Shown here in pieces: positions 24,127 to 33,486 of a stretch of 64,000 nucleotides of DNA; the first letter of the stretch is position 1; every line of letters starts with the position of its first letter. Made by a program: the position numbers and the translations under genes. This DNA is from a virus, in the UHGV virus genome UHGV-1362809; one strand, written 5' to 3'. The notes below the pieces were generated by a model. The model did not search any database and was not told the origin of the DNA. It saw nothing but the letters and a program-made list of their open reading frames with translations.

Positions 24127-25350
24127 ATGACACACCCTATTGACACTATTATTTCTAACTACAACAACAAAGGCTTGACGCTGACCCCCGAACAACAAGC
24201 TCGTTTTGATACGATGAAGGATCTGTTTGACGAAGGTTCCTTGGACTTGGGTACAGTTATTCTGGACACCCTTGACATCATTGGGGAACAAAATCGTGAT
24301 TGCGTTCCTTTGTCTATGATTAACCAGTCAGTTAAAGAATTGGCACCCAGTAAGCCCGACGTGGAGCCCATTACGATTAAAAACGGTCGTATTACTACCC
24401 CTGTTGAAGCTGCTGAAAATGTCCAAAATGTAAAGACTATTGAAGAATTGAAGCACGGTGACGTGTTTAAACTGACTATGGATGCAATGACTAATATGCA
24501 GTCTAAAGAACCCGTGCAAAATGAAACGCAGAACAATGCACAAACACAAGAAAATGTGCGTGTTGAAGAAGTAGTTCCTGGTGTTGTTGAGCCTGTTAAT
24601 GTTCAAAAGGAACAGAAAGAAATGGTGCAAGAAATGACTGTTGAACCCGTGTTGGAGGACGAACATCAGCTCCGAGTCGAGGAAGCCGCTGCAGAAGTTA
24701 TTGAACAGTTGGCAGCCGCTGAAGAAGAACATACCTTTACTGTTATTGTTCCGACTATTGAACTTAACACCGTTTCGGCAGTCAAGGACGAATCATACAA
24801 AATGGTTCCCGAAAAGTTTATTTCGGATTTAGTGTATGAATTAACCTTGGCTCGCAATATGGTTACCAAGTTGGGCGAATGGGTTGGCACCAAAGCGTCT
24901 GTTAAGGACGAACCGTCGGTGCAGTTGGCATATTCTCGTGTGGTGCAGCGTTTGACCGATACAACCTACACCAAAGAAGCTTTGGAACGTGCTAACAAAA
25001 AGGTTGAACAGCTCGATAAACAGTTGGTCGATATGTCAGCTGATTTGAAACGTGCATATCAAGAAGTTGAAACCGTGAAATCCGACTCGGCAATAGCCTT
25101 GAAGAAACGGTCGATTGCCAATACGGGGCTGTACATCGTACAGTTTGATTATAATGGCAAACCCGCATTTGTTTCCGGAACCGACAAGACACTGCAGGTA
25201 ACGATGTACTTGTCAAAAGCGCATTTCTACGATTTGCAGGGTGCTTGTGACGTGTTGGATTACGTAATTAAAAATGGGGAACAGTTTAACATTCCCGAAA
25301 CAATGTTGACTACGTTTAAGGTAAGAGCTGTAGGGTTGCAAGACGTTTAA
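24127..25350 (+). CDS. hypothetical protein (407 aa)
   Basis: RBS ttaaggagaactaaag-ATG. Confidence 0.6.
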   Translation: MTHPIDTIISNYNNKGLTLTPEQQARFDTMKDLFDEGSLDLGTVILDTLDIIGEQNRDCVPLSMINQSVKELAPSKPDVEPITIKNGRITTPVEAAENVQNVKTIEELKHGDVFKLTMDAMTNMQSKEPVQNETQNNAQTQENVRVEEVVPGVVEPVNVQKEQKEMVQEMTVEPVLEDEHQLRVEEAAAEVIEQLAAAEEEHTFTVIVPTIELNTVSAVKDESYKMVPEKFISDLVYELTLARNMVTKLGEWVGTKASVKDEPSVQLAYSRVVQRLTDTTYTKEALERANKKVEQLDKQLVDMSADLKRAYQEVETVKSDSAIALKKRSIANTGLYIVQFDYNGKPAFVSGTDKTLQVTMYLSKAHFYDLQGACDVLDYVIKNGEQFNIPETMLTTFKVRAVGLQDV

Positions 25351-25416
25351 AAGTGTACAGGGGTGTATACGAGTGGGAGCGATTAATCGCTCCCACATCT
25401 AACTAAGGAGAGTTAA

Positions 25417-27039
25417 ATGAAAATTTCTGCATATTCTGCTACCTTGTTGTACAGAGACCTGTGTAAATTCAAACGCAATGTCTTGCGCAAAACCGACTTG
25501 TCAGATAATGACAATTTGCTGGATTTGATTAGGGCTGAATTACCCTGCAACATTATAAATTCCATCAACTTTAGAAATGGCATCAAAGTGTTGAGAACCC
25601 TTTTGGACGGGGTTAAAAATATGCCCAAGTACAAACCCGATGTTGTAATTCCTAAGTTTTGTGCAGTTCTCAATCCGATGATTGATACACTAAAACCGGA
25701 CGTTTTATTTTATGTCACTCAAGAACAGAGACAGGAATTAGAAGTGTTAGATGCCCGAAACAAGTGGGTGTTGTTATCACAGGCTAATAAGACCGATGAG
25801 GAAGTGTTTTCTAAATATGAAGATTACTTAGAGGCTCAGAAAAATGAGGAAGAATTTGAGGATGCTTCTGGTGAGTTTGTAATAAAAAGTACCATTAAGG
25901 AGAAAAAGGATACCGAAAGTGCGTTAAGACGTAAGCTCGGTGATACCTCTGATGAAGTTGACGTAGAATCCTTGCTTAGTCGATACCACAAACCCACGGA
26001 ACCGAACTCCGATAGTCCTTTTGCAGTATTAGGTCAGCTGCAGGAAAATTTACAAAAGCAGTCAGAGGAACATCCTACAGAACAGGAAATTGATGTAAAA
26101 TCCTTGTTAAAATCTAACCCCGATATTGATACATGGACTCCCGAACAAAAATTAGCCCTTTTGAAATGCAACCCCGCAGTGCGTAAGGAAACTGACGAAG
26201 AATATATGGAACAGCGGGTAAAAGGGTTTGATAAATATCAACAGAAGGACTACCCTGTTAAACTTGATAAAAAAGCCAAGTACGTTATTATGGATATGCC
26301 TATTTATGCGCAGACCCAGCCATATTTGACTGCCTCCACCTTGCAGAAGTTGGGTGTTGTCGGGCAACAAGTAATGGGTGGCTGGATTCTTGAAAATCAA
26401 AAGTGCGTAGGCATTAGAAATTCTGCCGATTTGGACTTAGAAATTGCTAATGCTTGTATGCAACTGTATAAGGAAACAGGCTATACTTGGTACAATACAA
26501 CGTATGAGGCTGAATGGGTTACTCCTGGGTATAGAGGTTTGACGTGGGTGTGGGTTGTACCGCATATTTGGAACTTATACTTTGGCAACCTTACCGCCTT
26601 TGCCTGTCAGCACGCTTTCAAAATGTTTCATTCTAACGGGGATAAAGCTAATTTACAAGCTATTCGTGGTGAATTGGAACTCAAAATCAAGGAGTACACG
26701 GCTAAGTATCAATCCAAACTTGATAGATACAACGAATTGACTATTCATTATGCTAATTTAGTCAACAAGTATAGCGAACTGTTGCAACCGTATGAAGATG
26801 AGTTAGAAGAAGCCCAACGGGAAGCTTCTTGCAGTGACGTGTTGACCAAAATATCTGGGTACAAGAAAGTGCGTAGTGTTGAAAAGACTATGGGAGAATA
26901 TAAGTCTAAGCTCGACAAATATGACGCCAAGTACAAGAAATACCGCTTGAGATATAATAGATTGTCCAAACGCCTTAAAGAGAAAGCAGAACTAATGCGA
27001 GCTGAGGCTTTTGCAAAGTATCAGGAGTCGAAAAAATGA
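25417..27039 (+). CDS. hypothetical protein with coiled-coil C-terminus (540 aa)
   Basis: RBS aactaaggagagttaa-ATG; heptad-like KYQSKLDRYNELTIHYANLVNKY region. Confidence 0.6.
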   Translation: MKISAYSATLLYRDLCKFKRNVLRKTDLSDNDNLLDLIRAELPCNIINSINFRNGIKVLRTLLDGVKNMPKYKPDVVIPKFCAVLNPMIDTLKPDVLFYVTQEQRQELEVLDARNKWVLLSQANKTDEEVFSKYEDYLEAQKNEEEFEDASGEFVIKSTIKEKKDTESALRRKLGDTSDEVDVESLLSRYHKPTEPNSDSPFAVLGQLQENLQKQSEEHPTEQEIDVKSLLKSNPDIDTWTPEQKLALLKCNPAVRKETDEEYMEQRVKGFDKYQQKDYPVKLDKKAKYVIMDMPIYAQTQPYLTASTLQKLGVVGQQVMGGWILENQKCVGIRNSADLDLEIANACMQLYKETGYTWYNTTYEAEWVTPGYRGLTWVWVVPHIWNLYFGNLTAFACQHAFKMFHSNGDKANLQAIRGELELKIKEYTAKYQSKLDRYNELTIHYANLVNKYSELLQPYEDELEEAQREASCSDVLTKISGYKKVRSVEKTMGEYKSKLDKYDAKYKKYRLRYNRLSKRLKEKAELMRAEAFAKYQESKK

Positions 27040-27185
27040 CCGAAAACGACAAGAATTTTATCAAAATTTTGGCAGTATTAGTTGTGTTTTTGACATCTCT
27101 ATGTGTGATTACCATTAATGACAATCAGTACAAAGTGGACATGGAATACGCAAAGAAGTGTGCTGTTCGGTTGCAGAGGTAGTAA

Positions 27186-27554
27186 ATGGGTATTAAGACT
27201 ATCAATAAAGCCATAGACATACTTTGTTTTTCAGCAGGTATCGTTTCAGCCGTTCTTTTATATGCAGTACCCGTTACAAATGCAATGTTTTTGCTAACAG
27301 GTGTTGAACCTCCTTTTGATGAACAAGCCCGTCAAGTAGTAAAATGGTCGCTTATGATAGGCAGTATATTAGAGATTATGATTGGTGCCCATATGGGAGT
27401 ACTATTTTGGATACGTCATCAGCGTACAAAACATTTGCCCAAAGTGCCTATGTATTTTCAAGAGGATATGTTGCAATTAGAAGACATACAAAAAGATGTT
27501 GAAAAACGGGTTGAAAAATTGTTAGGTGACTTAGATGAATTGGAGGTAAAATGA
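27186..27554 (+). CDS. small membrane protein (122 aa, 2 TM)
   Basis: Two hydrophobic helices followed by a charged C-terminus. Confidence 0.5.
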   Translation: MGIKTINKAIDILCFSAGIVSAVLLYAVPVTNAMFLLTGVEPPFDEQARQVVKWSLMIGSILEIMIGAHMGVLFWIRHQRTKHLPKVPMYFQEDMLQLEDIQKDVEKRVEKLLGDLDELEVK

Positions 27555-27731
27555 AACCCGTATTGTATGATTACAATGAAGTAGCGCAGAACTGGAAAGA
27601 CTCCGTCAAAGAATTTGAAAAAGCAGTGCAAGAGTTCAATGAAGCAATGCAGGAGTTTGACACCGTAGTACAAAAGTTAGGTCGTTCAATAGAGGGTATG
27701 TCTAAACGGATGCAAAGGAGTATGAAATGAA
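27552..27731 (+). CDS. hypothetical protein (59 aa)
   Basis: ATG 27552 after ggaggtaaa; overlaps neighbours with ATGA. Confidence 0.35.
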
Positions 27732-27963
27732 ACCTTCTTATACACAATTTGAACAGGATGTTATTCAATGTTTAATGCAACAGGAGGGGTACGCAAAAGT
27801 GTTAGCTGAGGCCACTATTGAAACAAGGCATTCTGCTTTAAGAGAACACTACGAATTGATAGACTGGGATCCTGTTTCTAAAAAAGATATACTGTGTACA
27901 AGCGGTAGGTATAATTATTGTGTAGGGATTTGTGCCTCCTTATTAGCAGACTCTATCGCATAG
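27727..27963 (+). CDS. hypothetical protein (78 aa)
   Basis: RBS aaaggagt. Confidence 0.45.
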   Translation: MKPSYTQFEQDVIQCLMQQEGYAKVLAEATIETRHSALREHYELIDWDPVSKKDILCTSGRYNYCVGICASLLADSIA

Positions 27964-27972
27964 GAGGGCTAT

Positions 27973-28551
27973 ATGGATTTACTAGCATATTTTATTGTGC
28001 AAGCTAGCCGAGGTGTTTCGAGAAAAACTTTTGATTCTTTTACTGTTAAGCAAAAGTTGGACTATTTTAAGTTATTTCCTACATCCTCTTATAAACCAAA
28101 GGTAAAAGACTGGGTGGCTAAATTAACTGCGAGGTCTTTTATGACTCTGTTAAAAAAGGCAAAGTTATCCCAGCTTCCCTTAGCAAGATGGTGTGTGTCT
28201 CTAGACCATGATTTTAACTATTATAGTAAGGGGACTACTTGGGGAACAAAAGGCGGTTCTACTTTTTCTATTGTGGATAAGGATATTGTTAGTCTCTGTC
28301 GTAATCGTAATGATCCCTATAGAGGTAGAGATTTAGTTAAATTGGCTGTTACTAAGGGAGGTAGAAAATTAGATGCCTATGGAGTATTATATAACCTCTA
28401 TACGTCCTGCGGTTTTCAGCCCGTGTGTATGGTTAGGTTTAATAAACAATATGCTCCTAATGACTGGTGTGAGGATTATGGTGAACCCCCCCTATTATTT
28501 TTTATAAATATAATACTAAATATAAACCTGTTCCCTATAGGGATTGGGTAG
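27973..28551 (+). CDS. GNAT-like acetyltransferase-fold protein with N-terminal extension (192 aa), paralogue of 43440/43600
   Basis: C-terminal KGGRKLDAYGVLYNLYTSCGF resembles the GNAT motif; N-terminal 65 aa is homologous to ORF 43440-43634 and the remainder to ORF 43600-44127. Confidence 0.5.
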   Translation: MDLLAYFIVQASRGVSRKTFDSFTVKQKLDYFKLFPTSSYKPKVKDWVAKLTARSFMTLLKKAKLSQLPLARWCVSLDHDFNYYSKGTTWGTKGGSTFSIVDKDIVSLCRNRNDPYRGRDLVKLAVTKGGRKLDAYGVLYNLYTSCGFQPVCMVRFNKQYAPNDWCEDYGEPPLLFFINIILNINLFPIGIG

Positions 28552-28612
28552 ACCAGGCGGTAGTGCTCAATGATTACGACGAGGCATATGCCTATAGAGA
28601 TAGGAGTATGAA

Positions 28613-29032
28613 ATGACCCAATGTTTAGTGTGCGGGACGACACTCAACTTACAGTCTCACCATATTACCCCCGTTTCGTTAGGGGGACCAGAAGACGGAC
28701 CACAAGTACCACTGTGCGGTAATTGTCACTCTAATATCCACAAAATGGCGGAGTCCTTACGCACAAAGGCAGTACAACAGGGTGCAATCCCACCGATGTT
28801 GTTTAATAAAGAGGAGTTTGAAAGAGCCAAACCGTTAATTCAGGCAATTTTAACAGCACATACCAGCTTTGAATCATTGGCACAGTCTAACGAACCCCGT
28901 AGGCGTATGTTTGTTTTGCACATAGGGGACGCCGACTGGGCAAGACTGCACAAGGCAAAAGCGGATGCAGGCTTTACGTCAATGACAAAATATCTAACCA
29001 ATTTACTGCTCAATCAAGTGAGGAAACAATGA
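28613..29032 (+). CDS. HNH endonuclease (139 aa)
   Basis: CLVCG...HHITPVSLGG...LCGNCHSNIH is the HNH zinc-finger nuclease motif. Confidence 0.7.
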   Translation: MTQCLVCGTTLNLQSHHITPVSLGGPEDGPQVPLCGNCHSNIHKMAESLRTKAVQQGAIPPMLFNKEEFERAKPLIQAILTAHTSFESLAQSNEPRRRMFVLHIGDADWARLHKAKADAGFTSMTKYLTNLLLNQVRKQ

Positions 29033-29787
29033 AACTATATAGCCCAAGATGCTCAAATTGTGTGTACTTTCAAAAACACAATATAAAAGGAGGTACAAAG
29101 ACGTGTGAAGGTGCGGGTAAGTTAGGTTCCGACGCAGCTTGTCCTTTGTTTATGATAGACTATAGAAATATACACATCACAAGTTCCGCCCGTCATCGCA
29201 ACCTGTTTAAGCAGGTACACAAGGCTAAAGGTATTGACCTAAAGACTCTCTCCTTTATTGCCCAACAGGAACTTGTTACCCGTAAGCACGGTTTTTCCTT
29301 GGGACAAATCGGGTACGTCAAGGTGTTTAGACCTAATTATCAGTCCTCCTATTTCAAGGTGGTAGTTTTGGCAGCTAATGATACTTATGTTTCTGTAGAA
29401 TCCTCCTTTAAGGGACACACTTGGTACGGGGAGTTTTTACATGCCTCCGTATTAACTGAACAGCAGTGGTTGGCACTGAAGGACACACTCCCTAAAAAAG
29501 ATCCCGACTTTGACAAGTATTTTAAATATGTCAAAGTTTCCAACTCTAACCTTAATGTACTCAAACGCAAAGGTCGCAAAAAGAAAGACCAACAACCTAC
29601 ACAGCAGGAAATTCTCGATAAAATTGCTGACGATTTGTTGAGTACTGCGGATACGTCTAGCATCTCTGGGGTTGGGCGTAAGGATGAAATCGACAAGGAT
29701 ATTGACGTGCGTATCGAGGAAATGACCAAAACCCTTAGCACAGATGATTTTGACGATGAACCGAGTGCGAATTACGAAGATTATTAA
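29029..29787 (+). CDS. hypothetical protein with N-terminal Cys cluster (252 aa)
   Basis: ATGA overlap; CSNC...C...C near the N-terminus. Confidence 0.55.
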   Translation: MKLYSPRCSNCVYFQKHNIKGGTKTCEGAGKLGSDAACPLFMIDYRNIHITSSARHRNLFKQVHKAKGIDLKTLSFIAQQELVTRKHGFSLGQIGYVKVFRPNYQSSYFKVVVLAANDTYVSVESSFKGHTWYGEFLHASVLTEQQWLALKDTLPKKDPDFDKYFKYVKVSNSNLNVLKRKGRKKKDQQPTQQEILDKIADDLLSTADTSSISGVGRKDEIDKDIDVRIEEMTKTLSTDDFDDEPSANYEDY

Positions 29788-29792
29788 AACCC

Positions 29793-29821
29793 TTGACATT
29801 TACCTATTTTTGTGTTAGAAT
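29793..29821 (+). promoter_or_regulatory. sigma70-like promoter
   Basis: ttgaca, 17-nt spacer, tagaat. Confidence 0.5.
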
Positions 29822-29843
29822 TACAACATAATAGGAGGTGTGT

Positions 29844-30893
29844 ATGAAAAAATTACATATACCTGCGGTAGACAGGTACATTTCAAGACAAGGGTTGCCA
29901 ATAACTCCTGACTATCAAATGGCGGTTGTTGGCTATATTCTTAGACTGTTTGATAGTAGTGCATTTACAAAAATGACAGCGGACTTACCGTCTAACGTTC
30001 GTAAAGAGTTTAGAATGGGTATTCGTACAAAATCTAACCTTATTTTGGACTTTAAGTTGGCTGCAATTAACAGTCTTAAGACTCGTACCAACTGTTTTTT
30101 GCAAGAAGGTTTGGCAAGTGCTAATATCAATTTTGTACCTCTATTAAAACAGTATGACCTTTATGATAAGTATCTACTGCTTATTAAGGACGTACCGATT
30201 TTGACGGGTAATCAGGCACGACAACAGTGCGGGGAGGTAATCAAAAAATTAAACTCGTATATTGCCAAATTTGTAAGTCATAGCATGGCGTTTATATGCA
30301 GAGGTAACAACCTTGATAGAAAGGACTTAGAAGGTCTTATTAAATATGACACCATTCAGTCCTACTACAACGAAGTTCCCTTTGTTAGAGACCTACATCT
30401 CTTCAACAAGTGTAAATCCAAGATACAATCGAGTGGTAACAATCTAATCAAGTTTTATACTACTCAAAAACGTAAAAGAATGGTGGAGGCAAACGGTAAG
30501 TACGAAGGTACAGTAGTAAGCATAGAACAGTCTAATGACGGGGAATTTAACGTACTTGATAGGTTAGAGGTCGCACAGCCCAATCAGTATGCTAAAATTG
30601 ATGGCGCACGCACTATTTATTCCATATTTAAACGGTATGAAAGACCGAATAGTGCAGACAAAGGAGCTAAGTACAAGGCATTATGGCTTTTGAGTTGTCT
30701 TGACGATCCCAAGTTTGTGCAGTGGTACAACGCACACTATCCCACCCGTAAGAAGTATGTTCCTATAAATACACAAGACGTATATGAGGATATAGGGGAT
30801 TCAGAAAAGTACAATGAAGTCGTTAGACAATATTTAAAAGCAGGAAGGGGTAGTTGGAACTCCTTTTTGATGGAAGTTCAACAGTATTTTTAA
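29844..30893 (+). CDS. hypothetical protein (349 aa)
   Basis: ATG 29844 after ataggaggtgtgt. Confidence 0.55.
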   Translation: MKKLHIPAVDRYISRQGLPITPDYQMAVVGYILRLFDSSAFTKMTADLPSNVRKEFRMGIRTKSNLILDFKLAAINSLKTRTNCFLQEGLASANINFVPLLKQYDLYDKYLLLIKDVPILTGNQARQQCGEVIKKLNSYIAKFVSHSMAFICRGNNLDRKDLEGLIKYDTIQSYYNEVPFVRDLHLFNKCKSKIQSSGNNLIKFYTTQKRKRMVEANGKYEGTVVSIEQSNDGEFNVLDRLEVAQPNQYAKIDGARTIYSIFKRYERPNSADKGAKYKALWLLSCLDDPKFVQWYNAHYPTRKKYVPINTQDVYEDIGDSEKYNEVVRQYLKAGRGSWNSFLMEVQQYF

Positions 30894-30902
30894 GAGGTTT
30901 AA

Positions 30903-31118
30903 ATGGCACAGTTAATTTCAAGTATGACTAATGACAGCGAAAACACCGTCATTATTCCTATTAGGACAATCGTTGCTAATCGTAAAATTGGTAGTTTGCC
31001 TACCTTTATGCAGTTGGTTAGAAAGATGGAGGGTTCTGCTATAATTAAGGGAGACACCGTAGTTGTTACCGCTCCCGATGCGAACACCATCAAAAACTAC
31101 GTGGAGGGGAAGATCTGA
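30903..31118 (+). CDS. hypothetical protein (71 aa)
   Basis: ORF. Confidence 0.4.
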   Translation: MAQLISSMTNDSENTVIIPIRTIVANRKIGSLPTFMQLVRKMEGSAIIKGDTVVVTAPDANTIKNYVEGKI

Positions 31119-31780
31119 TGCAAACATATTTTGACGAGTGGTTTAAGACCCACTCTAACTATGTGGTTACATTTGAAGGACCAAAGGGTAGTGGTAAAAC
31201 TAAACACGCTAAGCTGTTTACACAGTGGTTGAACGACCAAGTAGACTACAATATATTGTATATTTCTAACCCGTTCAAAGCAACAGTTGACGCCGACGAA
31301 ATTAGACGTAAGTGGATGTCATGCACAAATGACGTTGACGCTCTTTTGTACAGCGTGCTTAACAAAAGACTCTTGCAATCATACATCACCAATTACACTT
31401 TAAATCACCCCAAGACTATCTTTGTCGTGGATCGATGGAATTTGTCAATGTGGGTGTATCAAGTAGCAGTACCCGATTTGATGCACAAAAAGATGGAATA
31501 TGCTATGTGGGCTTTAGACTATCCCGACGAGGTAATTCCAAACTATCAAGTGTTGTTAGATGCCTCCGAAACTACCCTAAACAGTAGATTCAGTTTGAAA
31601 GAGGTTACAAACAGGTATGAAACGCCTGAATATATTGCTAAATCAGTTCAGGAGTATCATAGATATGCCTGCAACTGTAGCGATATGCAAGTAGTAAATA
31701 CGGATATTGGCGATGTATCTCAGACCCAAAATGTTATAAGAGATATGTTTTTGAGTAAGATTGGAGAAGAAATTGGTTAA
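31118..31780 (+). CDS. thymidylate-kinase-like nucleotide kinase
   Basis: P-loop FEGPKGSGKT and DRW..S..YQ motif (VVDRWNLSMWVYQ) typical of dTMP kinases. Confidence 0.6.
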   Translation: MQTYFDEWFKTHSNYVVTFEGPKGSGKTKHAKLFTQWLNDQVDYNILYISNPFKATVDADEIRRKWMSCTNDVDALLYSVLNKRLLQSYITNYTLNHPKTIFVVDRWNLSMWVYQVAVPDLMHKKMEYAMWALDYPDEVIPNYQVLLDASETTLNSRFSLKEVTNRYETPEYIAKSVQEYHRYACNCSDMQVVNTDIGDVSQTQNVIRDMFLSKIGEEIG

Positions 31781-32066
31781 GAAGTCACAACAAATAGAAA
31801 TACCCATGGAGGAATTTGAAAAAATGCTGGCTGAACGGGTGCAGAGTTTACCCTCCAAGAATTTGGTGTACGATACGGATATCTTTATTGACGAATACAA
31901 AATACTGTTATCGCCTATCAAAGGTAAGCTGAGCACGCAAGTAGTAAAGGCTGAACAAGCGGCATTTTTGCTTGAAAAATCTCTAAAAATTGCTGAGAAT
32001 GTACTGGAGCAGGTTTCGATTTTGAAAGCGGAGGACGAGTTGAAGAAAGGTCGTACTATTCATTAA
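31761..32066 (+). CDS. hypothetical protein (101 aa)
   Basis: ORF. Confidence 0.45.
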   Translation: MEKKLVKKSQQIEIPMEEFEKMLAERVQSLPSKNLVYDTDIFIDEYKILLSPIKGKLSTQVVKAEQAAFLLEKSLKIAENVLEQVSILKAEDELKKGRTIH

Positions 32067-32108
32067 TATATAAGCGGATATATACTTAGTACTCTGCATA
32101 CTTTCAAA

Positions 32109-32145
32109 TAGGAGTGTGACTTATGCTGCACTCCTATTTTTTTTG
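32109..32145 (+). terminator. rho-independent terminator
   Basis: ataggagtg...cactcctat followed by tttttttt. Confidence 0.7.
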
Positions 32146-32174
32146 TTGACAATGCCATTAAACTGTGTTATGTT
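32146..32174 (+). promoter_or_regulatory. sigma70-like promoter
   Basis: ttgaca, 17-nt spacer, tatgtt. Confidence 0.5.
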
Positions 32175-32208
32175 TAAGTAAAATTACACGACCGAAAGGG
32201 GTACTAAA

Positions 32209-33411
32209 ATGGCTACGAATTTGAATGTTAATCAATGCACCTATGATGAAGCTCTTCAACTTGTTAATCATTGTATTGATTTAAAACTGGCGGTGTTGGT
32301 TCACGGTGCGCCCGGACTGGGTAAATCGACTATCCCCCGTGATATTGTTAAACAACGCAACGAGGACTTAGTTAAGTCTATTATCAAAGTTCGCAAAACT
32401 AAGGGGAAGTCTATTAAGGGCATCGAACAGTCTCCTCGGTACATTAGAGAGCACTGGGAAGTTATGGATATTCGTTTGGGGCAATACCCCGTCGAAGACG
32501 TTGCGGGTTTACCTGTGCCTATTGAAGTCGAAAAGGATGGAGTAAAATCCTACACTACTTTGAGATCACTACCCGACTTTTTACCCAGACAAGGTAATGG
32601 TATTTTGTTATTGGACGAAATTAACCAAGCTAATGCCATCGTTTTGGGTGCAGTGTTTCAACTTATCTTAGACCGTAAGATGACCAATGGTTATGACTTG
32701 CCCGATGGGTGGTCGATTGTTGCGGCTTGCAACGATGTGGAATATAACAGTGACGTGACAGAGTTCAATAGCCCTATCAATGACCGTTTCGTACACCTTT
32801 CTCTCAAACCCGACAAAAAACAGTGGTTGGAATGGGCGAGGAACAACGATATTCACGCCAATGTGATTGACTTTGTTTCACAGGCGTCTTCGGAAGACCT
32901 GTGTGGCGAACAGCACATGAATGACGACATCGTGTTTGCTACACCTCGAAGCTGGGCACGAGTTAGTGAGTTTGAAAAGCTTTTTGACGAAGGCAAGCTT
33001 TCAGTCGGTTTGTTGACCACTGCCTTAACAGGTATCGTTGGTACTTCTATCGCCACTCGTTATATGATGTTTAACAGCGGTAGACGTGACGGTAAGGTGT
33101 CGCTTTCGGTGTACAAGAAACTGTTGCTTACACCTAAAAATTCCGATATTGAAACATCAGTAGAACCTCGCAAATGTTTGGAATATATGGTTATGGCATT
33201 TCGTAAGTACACGGTTACCGATGAACAGGACGAGTTGGCAGTATACAACTTGACCCGTTGGGCATATAACAAATGTGGTATGCTGATGGAGGAATTGGAA
33301 AATATGTGGAGTCGTTTGTACACCGTTGAAGAAGACGGGTTTGTGAGTGATTCCGCATATATTAAGCAAAACTACCCCGATGCATGGGCGGTTGTAGCTC
33401 CCTTATTTTAA
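32209..33411 (+). CDS. MoxR-family AAA+ ATPase (400 aa)
   Basis: Walker A HGAPGLGKST, Walker B ILLLDEINQA, sensor/arginine regions, size typical of MoxR/CbbQ-type ATPases. Confidence 0.75.
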   Translation: MATNLNVNQCTYDEALQLVNHCIDLKLAVLVHGAPGLGKSTIPRDIVKQRNEDLVKSIIKVRKTKGKSIKGIEQSPRYIREHWEVMDIRLGQYPVEDVAGLPVPIEVEKDGVKSYTTLRSLPDFLPRQGNGILLLDEINQANAIVLGAVFQLILDRKMTNGYDLPDGWSIVAACNDVEYNSDVTEFNSPINDRFVHLSLKPDKKQWLEWARNNDIHANVIDFVSQASSEDLCGEQHMNDDIVFATPRSWARVSEFEKLFDEGKLSVGLLTTALTGIVGTSIATRYMMFNSGRRDGKVSLSVYKKLLLTPKNSDIETSVEPRKCLEYMVMAFRKYTVTDEQDELAVYNLTRWAYNKCGMLMEELENMWSRLYTVEEDGFVSDSAYIKQNYPDAWAVVAPLF

Positions 33412-33413
33412 GG

Positions 33414-33441
33414 TTGACTTTTACCTTGGACGTGGTATAAT
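33414..33441 (+). promoter_or_regulatory. sigma70-like promoter
   Basis: ttgact, 16-nt spacer, tataat. Confidence 0.5.
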
Positions 33442-33486
33442 AGGTATATACAGTTGAAAATGACTGGTAATGATTGCGAGGTAGCT

